Source: Podarcis pityusensis
Taxonomy: Eukaryota
Assembly (NCBI GenBank): GCA_964106645.2
Contig: OZ078259.1
Direction: 5' to 3' (one strand)
Length of the DNA stretch: 64,000 nt
Shown piece by piece: positions 48,990 through 61,620 of the stretch; within the stretch, counting starts at the first letter, position 1, and each line of letters begins with the position of its first letter. Made by a program: the position numbers and the translations under genes. Below the pieces are notes generated by a model. The model did no database searches. It was given only the letters and a program-made list of their open reading frames with translations, and was not told where the DNA came from.

Positions 48990-49589
48990 AGTCACACTTA
49001 GGTGACTGTCAAAACCCATTGGTTTATTTATACTTGTGGGGCATTCATACAGGGAAGATTGCAAAGATATGAATTCTGGCATTCACCAATTTGGGGATAT
49101 TTGCCATAATGTAAATGTTCAAGAACGAGCAAGATTCCTGATGCTGGATTTATCCATAAACAAAGCTTCCTTTGATAAATCCTCTTGCACATTCCAAGTC
49201 CATATGCTGTCCTGGTAATGCTATAATTAAGCCAAAGAGTCATGTCAAAACGGCCTTTTCCATCTGTTGTGCGATCTGCTCAGGGACCAATTCAGAAAGA
49301 GTGACAACTGACCTGAAAAAAAAGAGAGACACTTCATTCATTTTACAAGAGTTGTTGTTTAGGTCCACCTCTTCTTTTCCAAATGAACAGGAGAAGCATT
49401 CCAAGTCAATAAAATAACTGTTGTCCCCCCCATCTGACCGACACATTCTGAAATCTGCTATGTTGTTCCTTGAAAATGTTGTGTCTTAGAGAGAAGGCAC
49501 AAAGGTCCACTCATGCACAACATACAAACACATTATGAAACATTTTAATTTTCCCCTTACGTAAAGTACAAAAACCATGGGAAGAATTA

Positions 49590-50290
49590 AAATTAGCAGC
49601 AGACGGTCTGTACCCCCCCCAAAAAAACCCCCACTCTCTTTCGTTAGTAAGATCACATCCCAAATCTGCTTGCTGTTCTCTGTTAAGTCTGAGAATGTTT
49701 GGTCTAAAGAACTGACGTGCAGGACACCAAGAACTCGGCCTGTATTTATAATACTAATTGATTTCATTTATTTTCCCTCCCCGGAGCATTTTTCACTGTC
49801 AGCCTTGCCATTATCTTAATGTTGTTGTTTCCAATAAACACTCTGAAAAGTCGTTTTAAAGGCAGGGGGTCTTTGAGCACAGATGTGTCAGGTGTATCGG
49901 CCCGCTCTCCTCCGAGACGGTGAGATTGGCTAGAGGAAACCCCATGGAATGTTGCTTCTGAAAGAGCCATGGTTTAGCCATCTGTTTGAATCTCTGCTAC
50001 CTGGAGGAAGTCTGTCTCATGCTTGGTCCCATGACGGCATGGAGTCATATAGCAGAGGCGCTTACCGTTGGGTAATGTGAAACATGAGAGTGTTTGGAAC
50101 CAGAGGCAATCTTTCGAAGGTCATTATCTTTTAACAGGGAGATAACAAGGTTTTTCTGTTGCTGTGTACATTGGAGGGGCTGAGTTTCTGCACCAAAATA
50201 TTTGCAAGCAGATGGGGCTCCTGTGGGCAGCAGGATAGTGCTGCTGTTGAGTTTCACCTAAAGGGCAATCAAATTTCAGGTGAGTTTAGA
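49590..50290. promoter_or_regulatory. Candidate conserved non-coding element(s)
   Basis: 700 bp repeat-free with many retained CpGs, TGACGT, CTAATTGATT, CTGTCA and CCAATAAA motifs, and exon-like splice signals on both strands. Confidence 0.3.
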
Positions 50291-51921
50291 AGTGCCAGCA
50301 CCATCTGATGGAGTTGAGGAGGTGATAAAAGTGGGTGGATAACTGTGTGATTCTAAGCACATTAACATGGAAGCATGTCCTAATGATTCCCTGGAGCTTA
50401 GTCCCAAGGAAGTGCATATAGGATTGCAGCTGAAAATGAGCTGAATATACTGTGGAGTGGAGGAGAGCACATTTTGAATATTGCAGAGGTGATACTGGAA
50501 TCCATTTGGACAAATAGGGTTGAATTTGGAGGTCACCAGCTGGTGAACTTCTAAGGAATGTTGGAGAGGTTCAATTTGGCTGTAATGAAATATGTCAGAC
50601 TTTAGGGAGGTTTACACAACCCCCCACCACACACACATTGATAGCATCTGTGTCAGAGGTGGCTTGTAAGAGCCATGCAGTCCGAATTTGGAGCAACCAG
50701 CTCAGACCTCACACATTGAGCTTCCCTAGTTAAGTGGGCAAAATATTTTTTCCTATTGGAGATTTTTGAGAACAATGTATTATTTTTGGCATTTTTCCTT
50801 GCCACCAACCAAGAGCATCTCTGGGTCTTCATTGAGCCAAAGTCTCTCCCCCCACCCATACATCACTATGCTCAAGAAGACCTTATCTGTGTATGGACTC
50901 TTTCAACATGCATGGGTGTGCATGCATGTGTGAATCACCAAATTAAGTTTTCAGCAAGACTTAGGCCGGACATACATAACTGGGAAATCGTTGTTTGTGC
51001 TCTGACTACAACCCTGGTTTGCAAACAAGGATGAAACCATGGTTTACCAGCTTTGTTTCTAGTCAGAGCTTGAATCACAGCTTCCTGGTAAGGGTGTAAC
51101 AGGGAACTTCAGTTTAACAAACCTTAGATGGATTGCATTAAGGGGTGAGACTGGAGGGAGGGCACTTTTTCTTGATCTTGGGTGTATTCACACCTGGGGT
51201 CTAATTAGTTTCACTGATTATAATGGTAGTACTTCTGTTCTGATAGAGTTGCTTGCTGTTCTGTCTGTGGAACTTATATAGTCAGAGTGGTCCAGTGCAA
51301 GAATGCCTTCGATTTTTGCTAGGGATTTTATTTTATCTAGTGCCAGAACTTTTTTTGTCCTCAAATCCTTTGAGGATATGTAACAATAGTAGTATAAATG
51401 GCTATCACTTCTCCCTCTTCTGGTGGTAGGGTACTTGCATAATTATCTTCTCCCATGCAACCTTAGATTGTGACCTGCTGCTTCTCATTCTGTTATACAT
51501 ATGACTAGTTTCATGGAAAGCAGAATCCTCTGACATTTCCCCAGCAAATTTATTATCATCTTTTGCTAGAACACAAGCTGAAATAAAGCAAGATAAACAT
51601 GTTGTCTTGGATTGTGGTTGGGATTGTACAATGCAACTTTGTCACTGAACCTCAAAATGTGATAAAGTCAGTGATGATGATGGTTCTTTTTCCCCCATTT
51701 TGCTTTAACATGTTTGTGAAGTTGATCTGAATCTCCACACCAATATTAAAATAAGTCATGCTGTAGGGTTGGCCATATTTTTAGCATGGGGTCAGTGGCT
51801 TAAAATATCCAACCCATAAATGTTGCTGGAGACTCAAGGTCACTACTTTAAAATGCATATTCTTGTTGAGTTTTCTCTCAGGCTACAGTCTTATACTAGC
51901 CACATTGAACTCAATAGGACT

Positions 51922-52446
51922 NNNNNNNNNNNNNNNNNNNNNNNNNNNNNNNNNNNNNNNNNNNNNNNNNNNNNNNNNNNNNNNNNNNNNNNNNNNNNNN
52001 NNNNNNNNNNNNNNNNNNNNNNNNNNNNNNNNNNNNNNNNNNNNNNNNNNNNNNNNNNNNNNNNNNNNNNNNNNNNNNNNNNNNNNNNNNNNNNNNNNNN
52101 NNNNNNNNNNNNNNNNNNNNNNNNNNNNNNNNNNNNNNNNNNNNNNNNNNNNNNNNNNNNNNNNNNNNNNNNNNNNNNNNNNNNNNNNNNNNNNNNNNNN
52201 NNNNNNNNNNNNNNNNNNNNNNNNNNNNNNNNNNNNNNNNNNNNNNNNNNNNNNNNNNNNNNNNNNNNNNNNNNNNNNNNNNNNNNNNNNNNNNNNNNNN
52301 NNNNNNNNNNNNNNNNNNNNNNNNNNNNNNNNNNNNNNNNNNNNNNNNNNNNNNNNNNNNNNNNNNNNNNNNNNNNNNNNNNNNNNNNNNNNNNNNNNNN
52401 NNNNNNNNNNNNNNNNNNNNNNNNNNNNNNNNNNNNNNNNNNNNNN
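51922..52446. other. Assembly gap (N run)
   Basis: Ns in the sequence. Confidence 1.
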
Positions 52447-52849
52447 GTACAAAACGCAATAACACCAGATGGAGTCAGTTAAAAGCAGCACAGAAAAATA
52501 ACAGCAGAGCGGTTTTAAGAAACAATACAAACTAGTCACCCATGGCAGAGACCTGTTCATCCAACTAGGGAAAAAATGTCAGAACAAAAATGTCATGGTA
52601 TCCAGAAAGTGCAGCTAGTGGGTGCCTTTTGTATCTTGACAGGAACAGAGTCAGATCCACTATAAGCCTTGCTCCAAGGTACTGTGGAATGGGCTTCTGA
52701 TATCCTTGCAGGGTTGTGCTGTTAATTGCGAAGCAATACAGCACCATGTGACGTGGTTTAATCCTAGCACACATTTCCCTCTTCCTGTCCTTGAAAGGCA
52801 TTGGTGGAGAAATGCATATTGTGATGGTGTCATTGATCTGGCGGATTGA

Positions 52850-53272
52850 GTGGATGAGACCAGTAGTGGGTCCAATGGTCAAGAAGGCAGTTTCTGCACA
52901 TTCTGTAAAGGGAAGTGAAGGTCAGATGGGGCTCGTTAACTTGGGAAGGTAGCCCATCTAGGAGAAGGAAATCTCTTATCCTAAACCTCCGTTGTCTTGT
53001 GGGATATCTACACAAATCCGGAGTGGAGTCCCTAAGGCAGTTGGATGGCACCTTGTATGCTATTGTTCGGCAACTCCTGCAGCCAAGCTGGTGCCAAACA
53101 TCTTGCTCTGCTTTCCTTTGGACTACATCAGCAAGGCCAAGAGGGGGGTCATTATCTGGGCTGCCAAGGATCTCCATACATGCTGCCCAAGCTTGCACTT
53201 TGGTGCTGCTAATGCAGCAGTTTTACTTCACCCCAGGGGGCTCACTCCATTGTCTCTCGACTGAAGGATTCC
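52850..53272 (+). mobile_element. Second copy of the non-tRNA SINE-like element (see 26510-27193), internally deleted
   Basis: Colinear shared motifs with 26510-27193. Confidence 0.65.
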
Positions 53273-53399
53273 ATTTGTGCCAGCATCCTTGTGTATAGTT
53301 TCAGCCTTGGCCAAAGAGCTATTAAACTGTAGTAGATTGGGGTACTTTAGCCTCTCTATTTTAGGTTTTGGATATTATTGAAATAGCAGCCGATGCCAC

Positions 53400-53640
53400 A
53401 TAATCTACCTCCTTCAGCAATCTAGACTCCAGTGTGCAATCTCCTTTGTATTCATGACACCTGCCCTTTCATGGTGTCAGCATTTTCCCACTCTCTACAA
53501 AGACAGTCTTTCTTTAGGTCATTTAAAACCAAATTGAAAAGCCGCAATACCACCAGCTCTGACCCAGACTGTATCTGACCTCTTTTCTGCCCCCCCTTCC
53601 CCTCCACCACATTCACAGAGAGCCATTTTTGCTGACTTGC
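53400..53640 (-). mobile_element. Highly degenerate CR1-like RT fragment
   Basis: ORF 53452..53658 contains QSGSELVVLRLFNLVLNDL...ENADTMK, resembling the RT motif QGSVLGPVLFNIFINDL...FADDTK. Confidence 0.45.
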
Positions 53641-54576
53641 TGCATAAGCTCTTTGCAATGATTTTCACCGTCCCTTAAATGTGCATTGCTTGGCTAGGTT
53701 TTTGTCCGTACAGCAGTGCACAAGAAGAAAATTCAGGCCATTCACAAGTGGCCTACCTTTGTCCACCCCAACTATTGTACCATGCCATTATACAACTCAA
53801 TCTTCTCCCTTCCTTTCTCTCTCAATTGCAGATTCTCTCAGTTCTCATTTTCCCAATGTTAAGTTCAGTTTTCTACATCAGTGTCCTTTAAAAAAACACA
53901 CCACAACTTGTGAAAATTCATTAGCATCTTAGTGCGAATCTTCTCTAGTACACACATTTTTGTATACAATTTTGTCTAATGTACACATAGTTGCAGAATA
54001 GTTTTCCTGAATATAATTCACTGACACACGGGGACTTTAAGCCTGATGGTCACTATTTCCCCACATGCCTGAAGGCAAGACCACCCACCTGTCAGTCACC
54101 CAGCAGCATGAAGCCATCAGATGGTTGACAGGTGAGTAATTCTACCCATTTGTCCAAGTTTGCTCCTGGAGTGAGCATGGAGATCTGGTCTGCTGGGGCA
54201 AAAAGGTTTCTCACCCTTGCTGTAAATGCCTTAGAAATCCAAAGTGCATAACTGGGTCATTGTCTACTGACTACTGCCCTTTGTGAAGTGAAGTACACAA
54301 CTATAGCTTCTTATTGAGGGTCCTTCCCGGCTCTGGTGAAGCCTGGCTTTACCCATGAAGCTGGAAATTTGATCCTTTTGGGCAGGAAGGGAGTACAAAA
54401 GGGCTTCTTGTCTCCATGGTGAGCAAACAAGTTCTACTTGAGCTGTGGCATGTCTAGTATTCTTGGTCTTGCACCCTAATCCTGACAGCTCCTTTAACCT
54501 TGATTATTGTCTCCTGGCTCCTGACCTGCTCCAGTCTGTTGCCCATCACCCAGCCCAGACACATGCCATGATATAA

Positions 54577-54902
54577 AACAGGGATAATGAACCTTTTTCC
54601 AGATTGAGGGCAACATTTCCATTGGGCAGTCTTCTAGTCTGGGCAACCATGCCAGTGTCAGGCAAGGCCAGAGGCAAAGTGGGTGGAACAATGAATGTAC
54701 ATTTTCAATTTTGTACTAGTTTTTACACATCACCCCATCCTCCATCCAGGCAACCAAGGGGCATAAGCAGTGTTTAAAGACACTTTGCTGTGAGGCAAAA
54801 ACACTCAGGGAGGGTGTGAAGGAGGGTTTTTGAGTGGGGTGGCTGAGGAGGGGGGTGGCCTGGGGAAAGTCCAGATTCAGATGTCTGAGATTCCTCACCC
54901 CT
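54577..54902 (+). mobile_element. Old hAT-like non-autonomous element
   Basis: Termini CAGGGATAATGAACCT / GATTCCTCACCCCT; same family as 5560-6125 and 44068-44432. Confidence 0.6.
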
Positions 54903-55886
54903 AATCTAAATCAATAACTGATGTAATATTAAGGACTAGGCCTCTGTCACACACACTTCTGTAAATACGTTTCTTTTTGACTGAAACCATGGACAAGTTT
55001 TCAATGAATGCCATGAAGATGATGTCAAACCTCCAGGGGGCAGCTAAAATTGGCTCAGGCCCTCATTTGTGTCAGGTTACTATCTCCCCACAGCCACCCC
55101 CCAGTGGCTGTTGTGTAAGAGACTTGTTTTTTGGACCTATCGCTAGCTTTTCTCTCGGCTCCATAACACTTCACTCAGGCCCTGTTACTTAAGCTCTGCC
55201 TACCTAGAGAAAGTGGTAGGCTGCTTCCCTCCCTTTCGACTCCACCAATATGGAAGACCTTTGCCAGGGATAATACGGCAGTGCCCCGCTACTTCAATGA
55301 AGTATTAAACAGAATTGTTTCCACATCATGACGACCTGCCAGAAAGCTTTAGTTCAACTTTCAGAGCAGGATTTTTGAATCCTGAGTCACTTGACCTTCA
55401 GGATGTTGTGGAAAGGATGCTTGTGCTTTTATTATCCAAGCAGTTTTGCCCAGCGGAATCAGGCAAGGATTAGTGGTAGGCAGGAAAGATACGTTTCTCC
55501 CTTAAAAAGAAACGTGTGTGTGTGTGTGTGTATGTCAGGGATAGCCAAAGTGGTGCCCAGTAGATGTTGCTGAACTTCCATCAGCCAAAATCGCCAATGG
55601 TCAAGGATGATGGAAATCAAGCAACATGGACCATGTCCATCGTCACCATCATGAGTTTATTTGTATGCCCCTTTTTCATGTTAGAGCCATGTAGGCTACC
55701 CCTGTTGGATGTGGTGCAGAGGGAAGAGGCAGCCGGGTACACTTGCACTGGTCCTCAGAGGGCTAAGCTGGCTAGGGGGCCCTGCTAGGGACTGGCTGCT
55801 TTTCTGTTTGAGTTTATAACTTTATTCTAACAAAACTCCCATCCCAAGCCTCAGACAAGCTCTGCACAGGCCTGGTACAGACACAC

Positions 55887-56682
55887 TGTCAGGGACTGGG
55901 CAGAGGAGGAAGACACTGGAGATAGGGTGATTTCAAGGGCTGGGCAGGAGAGGAGAAGTGGTGGAGACTGCCTCCCCATCTTGACCCTTCCAGGGAGGAG
56001 GAAGACAGTACAGTGGACGCTCAGGTTGTGAATGTGATCTGTGCAGGATGCACGTTCACAACCCACAGTGTTCGCAACCTGCAGTGGTGCATCTGCGCAT
56101 ACGTGGGTTGCAATTCGGCACGTCTGCATGTGCACAAAGCACAATTTAGCGCTTCTGCGCATGTGTGACCGCTGAAACCTGGAAGTAACCCGTTCTGATA
56201 CTTCCAGGTTTTGGCAGTCCGTAACCTGAAAAAACGCAACCTGAAGCATCTGTAACCCGAGGTACGACTGTATAGATTTAAAACAGTGGTTTGTGGGAAG
56301 TCACAGCTCAGAGGCAGAAGAGGGGAAACGTTGGGAAATAATGGGAGAGGAGGAGCAGGCAGAGCCGGAGCAGCAGCTGGCTGACACGTTGTCACTAGAA
56401 AGCATTCCAGACCCACCATCTCCCAGAACCTGGCAAGCCTTAAAAGTAGGAGAGCAAAGAGCTCAAAGACATAGGGCACTTAGAGGCACCTGTAGAGGAG
56501 GTGATGATGATGATGAATGAGGAAGTAGAGATGGGGGAGTGGAGATTCACTCGGGACAACACCATTCTCCAAGAGACTGGGTTCTATAGCCTCTCTCTGT
56601 AAAGTTTTAAATTAAAAATAACGGTAAGAAACTTTCCCTTGTCTTTATACTTTCCTGGGCAACCAGCAGGGAGCCGCTGACA
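55887..56682 (+). mobile_element. Probable solo LTR (Gypsy-like), interrupted by a MITE
   Basis: TGTCAG...CTGACA inverted termini, purine-rich body, ATTAAA/AATAA-like signal near the 3' end, flanks ACAC/GCAC as a possible 4-bp TSD. Confidence 0.6.
56011..56270. mobile_element. Tc1/mariner-pogo (Tigger-like) MITE nested in the solo LTR
   Basis: TA TSDs; termini CAGTGGACGCTCAGGTTG / TAACCCGAGGTACGACTG. Confidence 0.85.
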
Positions 56683-56835
56683 GCACTCTGACACACACCT
56701 AATAAGAGTGTAGGAGTCAGGAAGTGCAACAAACGTTGATGTCCTGGAGCCTGGCCCCACTGGGTCCTGACAGGTTATCCCATTTGATCTTCAGAGAGAG
56801 AGACAGAAAGAGACTTGCCCAAGCCCCTCTCATTG

Positions 56836-57260
56836 CAGGGGTGCTGACTTGGGCCCCACATTGTGGGTGCCCAGCACACGCACATTGCGCTGCAATGTGA
56901 TGGCATCACAACATGATGTGACGACATCGTGTGACATCGTGATGTCATGTCTTTACGCCGTGGTGCGCGTGCGCCAGCACTGCAGCAGCGACCGGGGCCT
57001 GAGCCTCCACCGTGGGGCCTTGTGGAGGAGACCCAGCCCCTGGTCCAGTCGCCACCACAGCACCAGAGCATCAGAGGTGAAGCAAGGCTTCAGAGGTGAG
57101 CATCAGGGCAAGGGCAGTGGGAAGGGGCTGTGGCAGCTGCTATTGCGGTGAGGTATGCAGAGCTGGGGGCAGAGGCTGTGCAACCGCAGACACCCACAGC
57201 AAAAATAAAAATAAAAATGTGGAAACCCGAGCACCCAGAGTCCTGGGGAATTCACCTGTG
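56836..57260. mobile_element. GC-rich hAT-type non-autonomous element
   Basis: Imperfect termini CAGGGGTG / CACCTGTG; 8-bp TSD TCTCATTG / CCTCATTG. Confidence 0.65.
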
Positions 57261-57486
57261 CCTCATTGTGTTATATGACTGGGCATTTATTTTGCCCCCA
57301 AACAATTGTTGAACACTCTTTGTCCACTGTTTTTTAAAATACGTTTTGGTCAAAGAGCATGCTTAGCTTCCTACATCAACTCATGTGGCTTTATCAAGTG
57401 ATATTATAGGCTGACTGAATTATTTCGTTCTTTTCTTTATGCTTGACTGGTTGATAACCTCAGCATTGGTTCCCTCATGGCTTTAA

Positions 57487-57859
57487 AAGGTAAAGGTAAA
57501 GGGACCCCTGACCGTTAGGTCTCGTCGCGGACAACTCTGGGGTGCGGACAACTCTGGGGTTGCGGCACTCATCTTGCTTTATTGGCTGAGGGAGCCGGCA
57601 TACAGCTTCCGGGTCATGTGGCCAGCATGACTAAGCCACTTCTGGCGAACCAGAGCAGTGCACGGAAACGCCGTTTACCTTCTCTCCGGAGCAGTACCTA
57701 TTTATCTATTTGCACTTTGACATGCTTTCAAACTGCTAGGTGGGCAGGAGCAGGGACCGAGCACCGGGAGCTCACCCCGTTGCGGGGATTCAAACCGCTG
57801 ACCTTCCGATCGGCAAGTGCTAGGCTCTGTGGTTTAACCCACAGCACCACCTGCGTCCT
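57487..57859 (-). mobile_element. Sauria SINE (POMSINE/Squam1) with an internal ~18-bp duplication
   Basis: (ACCTTT)n tail and GGACGCAGGTGGTGCTGTGGGTTAAACC 5' end; GCGGACAACTCTGGGG is duplicated at ~57528-57559. Confidence 0.92.
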
Positions 57860-57919
57860 TTAGTGAGTGTTTATTTGTGTGTTTTGGATTGTATTTTTGT
57901 GGGAGATGTAACCAAATCA

Positions 57920-58066
57920 CAGAATCATGGAATTGTAGAGTCAGAAGTCACCATGAGGGTAATCTATTCCAACCCCCTGCAATGCAGGAATCTTTTGCCC
58001 AATGCAGGGATTGAACGCATGGCCCTGAGATTAAGAGTCTCATACTCTACCAACGGTGCTACCCCA
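57920..58066 (-). mobile_element. tRNA-derived SINE with CR1-type tail
   Basis: CAGAATCATGGAATTGTAGAG tail; tRNA(Lys)-like head GTAGAGTATGAGACTCTTAATCTCAGGGCC...GTTCAATCCC on the minus strand. Confidence 0.75.
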
Positions 58067-58072
58067 GCATGT

Positions 58073-58073
<1 letters not shown>

Positions 58074-58110
<37 letters not shown>

Positions 58111-60911
58111 TTATTATTTGTACCCGCCCATCTGGCTGGGTTTCTCCAGCCACCCTGGGCGGCTTCCACAGAAACCGAAAATACACTAAAATATCACACA
58201 TTAAAAACTTCCCTGAACAGGGCTGCCTTAAGATGTCTTCTGAATGTCAGGTAGTTGTTTATCGCTTTGACATCTGACGGGAGGGCGTTCCACAGGGCTG
58301 GCGCCACTACCGAGAAGGCCCTCTGCCTGGTTCCCTGTAGCTTTGCTTCTCGCAATGAAGGAACCGCCAGAAGGCCCTCGGCGCTGGACCTCAGCATCCG
58401 GGCAGAATGATGGGGGTGGAGACACTCCTTCAGGTATACTGGGCTGAGGCCATTTAGGGCTTTAAAGGTCAACACCAGCACTTTGAATTGTGCTCGGAAA
58501 CGTACTGGGAGCCAATGCAGGTCTTTCAAGACCGGTGTTATGTGGTCTCGGCGGCTGCCCCCAGTCACCAGTCTAGCTGCCGCATTCTGGATTAGTCGTA
58601 GTTTCCGAGTCACCTTCAAAGGTAGCCCCACATAGAGCGCATTGCAGTAGTCCAAGCGTGAGATAACTAGAGCATGCACCACTCTGGCGAGACAGTCCGC
58701 GGGCAGGTAGGGTCTCAGTCTGCGTACCAGGTAGAGTGGTAGACAGCTGTCCTGGATAAAGAATTGACCTGTGCCTCCATGGACAGCTGTGAGTCCAAAA
58801 TGACTCCCAGGCTGCGCACCTGGTCCTTCAGGGGCACAGTTACCCCATTCAGGATCAGGGAGTCCTCTACACCAGCCCGCCCCCTGTCCCCCAAAAACAG
58901 TACTTCTGTCTAGTCAGGATTCAACCTCAATCCATTAGCCGCCATCCATCCTCCAACTGCCTCCAGGCACTCACACAGGACCTTCACCGCCTTCACTGGT
59001 TCTGATTTGAAAGAGAGGTAGAGCTGGGTATCATCTGCATATTGATGGACACCCAGTACAAACTCCCTGATGATCTTTCCCAGCGGCTTCATATAGATGT
59101 TAAAAAGCATGGGGGAGAGGACGGAACCCTGAGGTACCCCACAAGTGAGGGCCCAGGGGTCTGAACACTCATCCCCCCCACCACTTTCTGAACATGGCCC
59201 AGGAGGAAGGAGCGAAACCACTGTATAACAGTGCCCCCAGCTCCCAGCCCCTTTAGACGGTCCAGAAGGATGTTATGGTCGATTGTATCAAAGGCCGCTG
59301 AGAGATCCAGCAGAACTAGGAAACAGCTCTCACCTTTGTCCCTAGCTTGCCGGAGATCATCAACTAGCACGACCAAGGCAGTTTCAGTCCCATGATGAGG
59401 CCTGAATCCCGATTGGAAGGAATCCAAATGGTCCGCATCCTCCAGGCGCGCCTGGAGTTGTTCAGCAACCACTCGCTCAATCACCTTACCCAAGAATGGA
59501 AGATTTGAGACTGGGTGATAGTTGGCCATACTGGCTGGGTCTAAAGATGTCTTTTTAAGAAGCGGTTTAATGACCGCCTCTTTTAGCGGATCTGGGAATG
59601 TTCCCTCACAGAGGGAAGCATTCACCACCCCGCAGAGCCCATCACCCAGCCCTTTCCAGCTTGCTTTTATTAGCCAGGATGGGCAAGGATCAAGGAGACA
59701 GGTGGTTGGTTTCACGTGTCCAAGCAGCCTTTCCACATCCTCGGGGGTAACAGATTGAAATTGATTCCATGCAACTTGACCAGACAGAGATCTAGCACTC
59801 TCCCGCCCCAGCCCTGCTCCCACGGTGATGTCTAGTTCCTTCCGAATATGAGTGATTTTATCTGCAAAAAACTTTGCAAAATCGTTGCAGGAGATCTTGG
59901 GGTCTTTACAAGGCCCCGGTGGTAAGGTGGTTCCGTTAAATTGCGGACCACCTGAAAGAGTCTCCTGCTACTATTTTCTGCAGATGCAATAGAGGCGGTG
60001 AAGAAAGTCTTCTTCGCCGTCGCTATCGCCACTTGGTAGGCTTGATGTTGAGCTCTAACCTGTGTCTGGTCAGATTCGGAATGAGTTTTCTGCCACCAAC
60101 GCTCTAGCCATCTCAGCAATTGTTTCATTGCCCTCAGCTCCGAAGAAAACCATGGGGCTGTCTGGGCTCCATGCAATCGGAGAGGGCGCTTCGGAGCCAG
60201 ACAGTCGATAGCCCTGGTTAACTCCGTATTCCAGCGGGCCACCAGGGAATCAGCTGAAAGGCCATCAACATGGGATAAAGCATCCCCTACCACTCTCTGG
60301 AAGCCAATTGGATCCATTAAGTGGTGGGGGCGGACCATCTGAATTGGTCCCACCTCCCTGCAGAGGGGAAGGGTCACAGAGAAGTCCAGTTGCACCAGGA
60401 AGTGATCTGACCAGGGCAGTTTTTTTGTTTCACTTTTACTTAGTGTCAGATCACCCACGTCACTAGAGGTGAACACCAGGTCTAAGGCCAAACTTATTTT
60501 GGGACAGCCCCATGGAGGCCATGCTTTCCACAAAGTCCCGAGCGGCCCCTTGTAAGGTCGTGTCGGCATGGATGTTAAAATCCCCTAGGACAACCAAACT
60601 AGGTGTCTCCAGGAGAATATCCGCCACGACCTGAAGCAGCTCGGACAGGAAATCCTTGGTGCAGCGGGGAGGTCGGTACACCAAAAGGAATCCTGTACTG
60701 CCCCTATTGCCCAACTTCCAGAACATGCACTCAGAAAACTGGGTCTTCCCAGTAGGACACCTGATGCAAGCTAATGACTTCCTAAAAATCACTGCAACCC
60801 CCCCTCCCCACCCACATGACCTGGGTTGCTGTGCGTAAGAGAAACCTGGTGGGCAAGCAGTGGCAAGGACAGGCCCATCTGCTTCCTCCAACCAGGTCTC
60901 TGTCACCCCAT
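58074..60911 (-). mobile_element. Decayed L2-clade LINE ORF2 (APE endonuclease + reverse transcriptase), 5'-truncated
   Basis: APE motifs VTETWL, GGGVA, VYRPP, GDFNIH and SDH; RT motifs QSGFRP.HGTETAL, LLDLSAAFDTIDH, GVPQGSVLSP and YADDTQLY; L2 C-terminus SRLDYCNALY...LHWLP; several frameshifts; (TAA)n tail. Confidence 0.96.
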
Positions 60912-61169
60912 TAATGTTGCTTTGTGTGATTTTCTTTGACAGTCTTTGTGAACTGTTTTTGGAAAGCACTCTTTGTGCACTACAACTTTAGGACTGAGCT
61001 GAAATGGGAGGAGTGCTTTTTCATGCCTCCATAAAGAAAGGCCAATTCATTTTGGTGAAATTTTGTGGAGTGAAACTAGCGGGGGTGGGGTGGGGTGGTA
61101 ATCTCAGGAAGAGGAGGAGTGCATTGTGCTTTGCATAGCTCTGGAGGTCACCATTCTTAAAGTGACTCC

Positions 61170-61620
61170 CAAAGCCGCTTTAAGAATTGTGAACTGTTTG
61201 GTGGAGACCCTCTGTCATTCAGAGCAGACAACACCGAGGTAGATAGGCCAATGTCCTGACCTGGTATAAGGTTGCTAATTGTGATCCGAAGCAGTGGGCA
61301 TAGCTCCGAAGTGCAAGCCAGCAGCTTTCCTCGAATTAGCCAGTGATCAGGCTTTGGCTGAGCTGCAATGGTGAATCCTCTTTTGTGAAAGTTTAAGTGC
61401 TGCATGCTTAAATGGGAGCTGCTTTGAAAAATCTAGGAATAACAAATAAACCCGTTAGGGGCAAGTCCTTTCTATTGGCTTCCAGCAATGCTTAATGGCT
61501 ATTGTGGGATTTAACGGAGCCGAGGCAAGCAGAAGTCAATTAAACTTTAATCAGTCACGACTGGTGTCTTATTTATTTTTTTCCTGTGCAATGACATTGA
61601 AATAGCCCTTTGGCAAGCAG
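61170..61620. promoter_or_regulatory. Candidate conserved non-coding element
   Basis: Repeat-free, ~9 retained CpGs, homeobox cores CTAATTG, GAATTAG, CAATTAAA and TTAATCA. Untested. Confidence 0.3.

Noticed and set aside
51820-52560. Long ORFs of 184-225 aa (also 20445-20920)
   Set aside because: They read through N gaps.
58194-60969. Functional reverse transcriptase gene
   Set aside because: ORF2 is split by several frameshifts and 5'-truncated, so it is a dead L2 copy.
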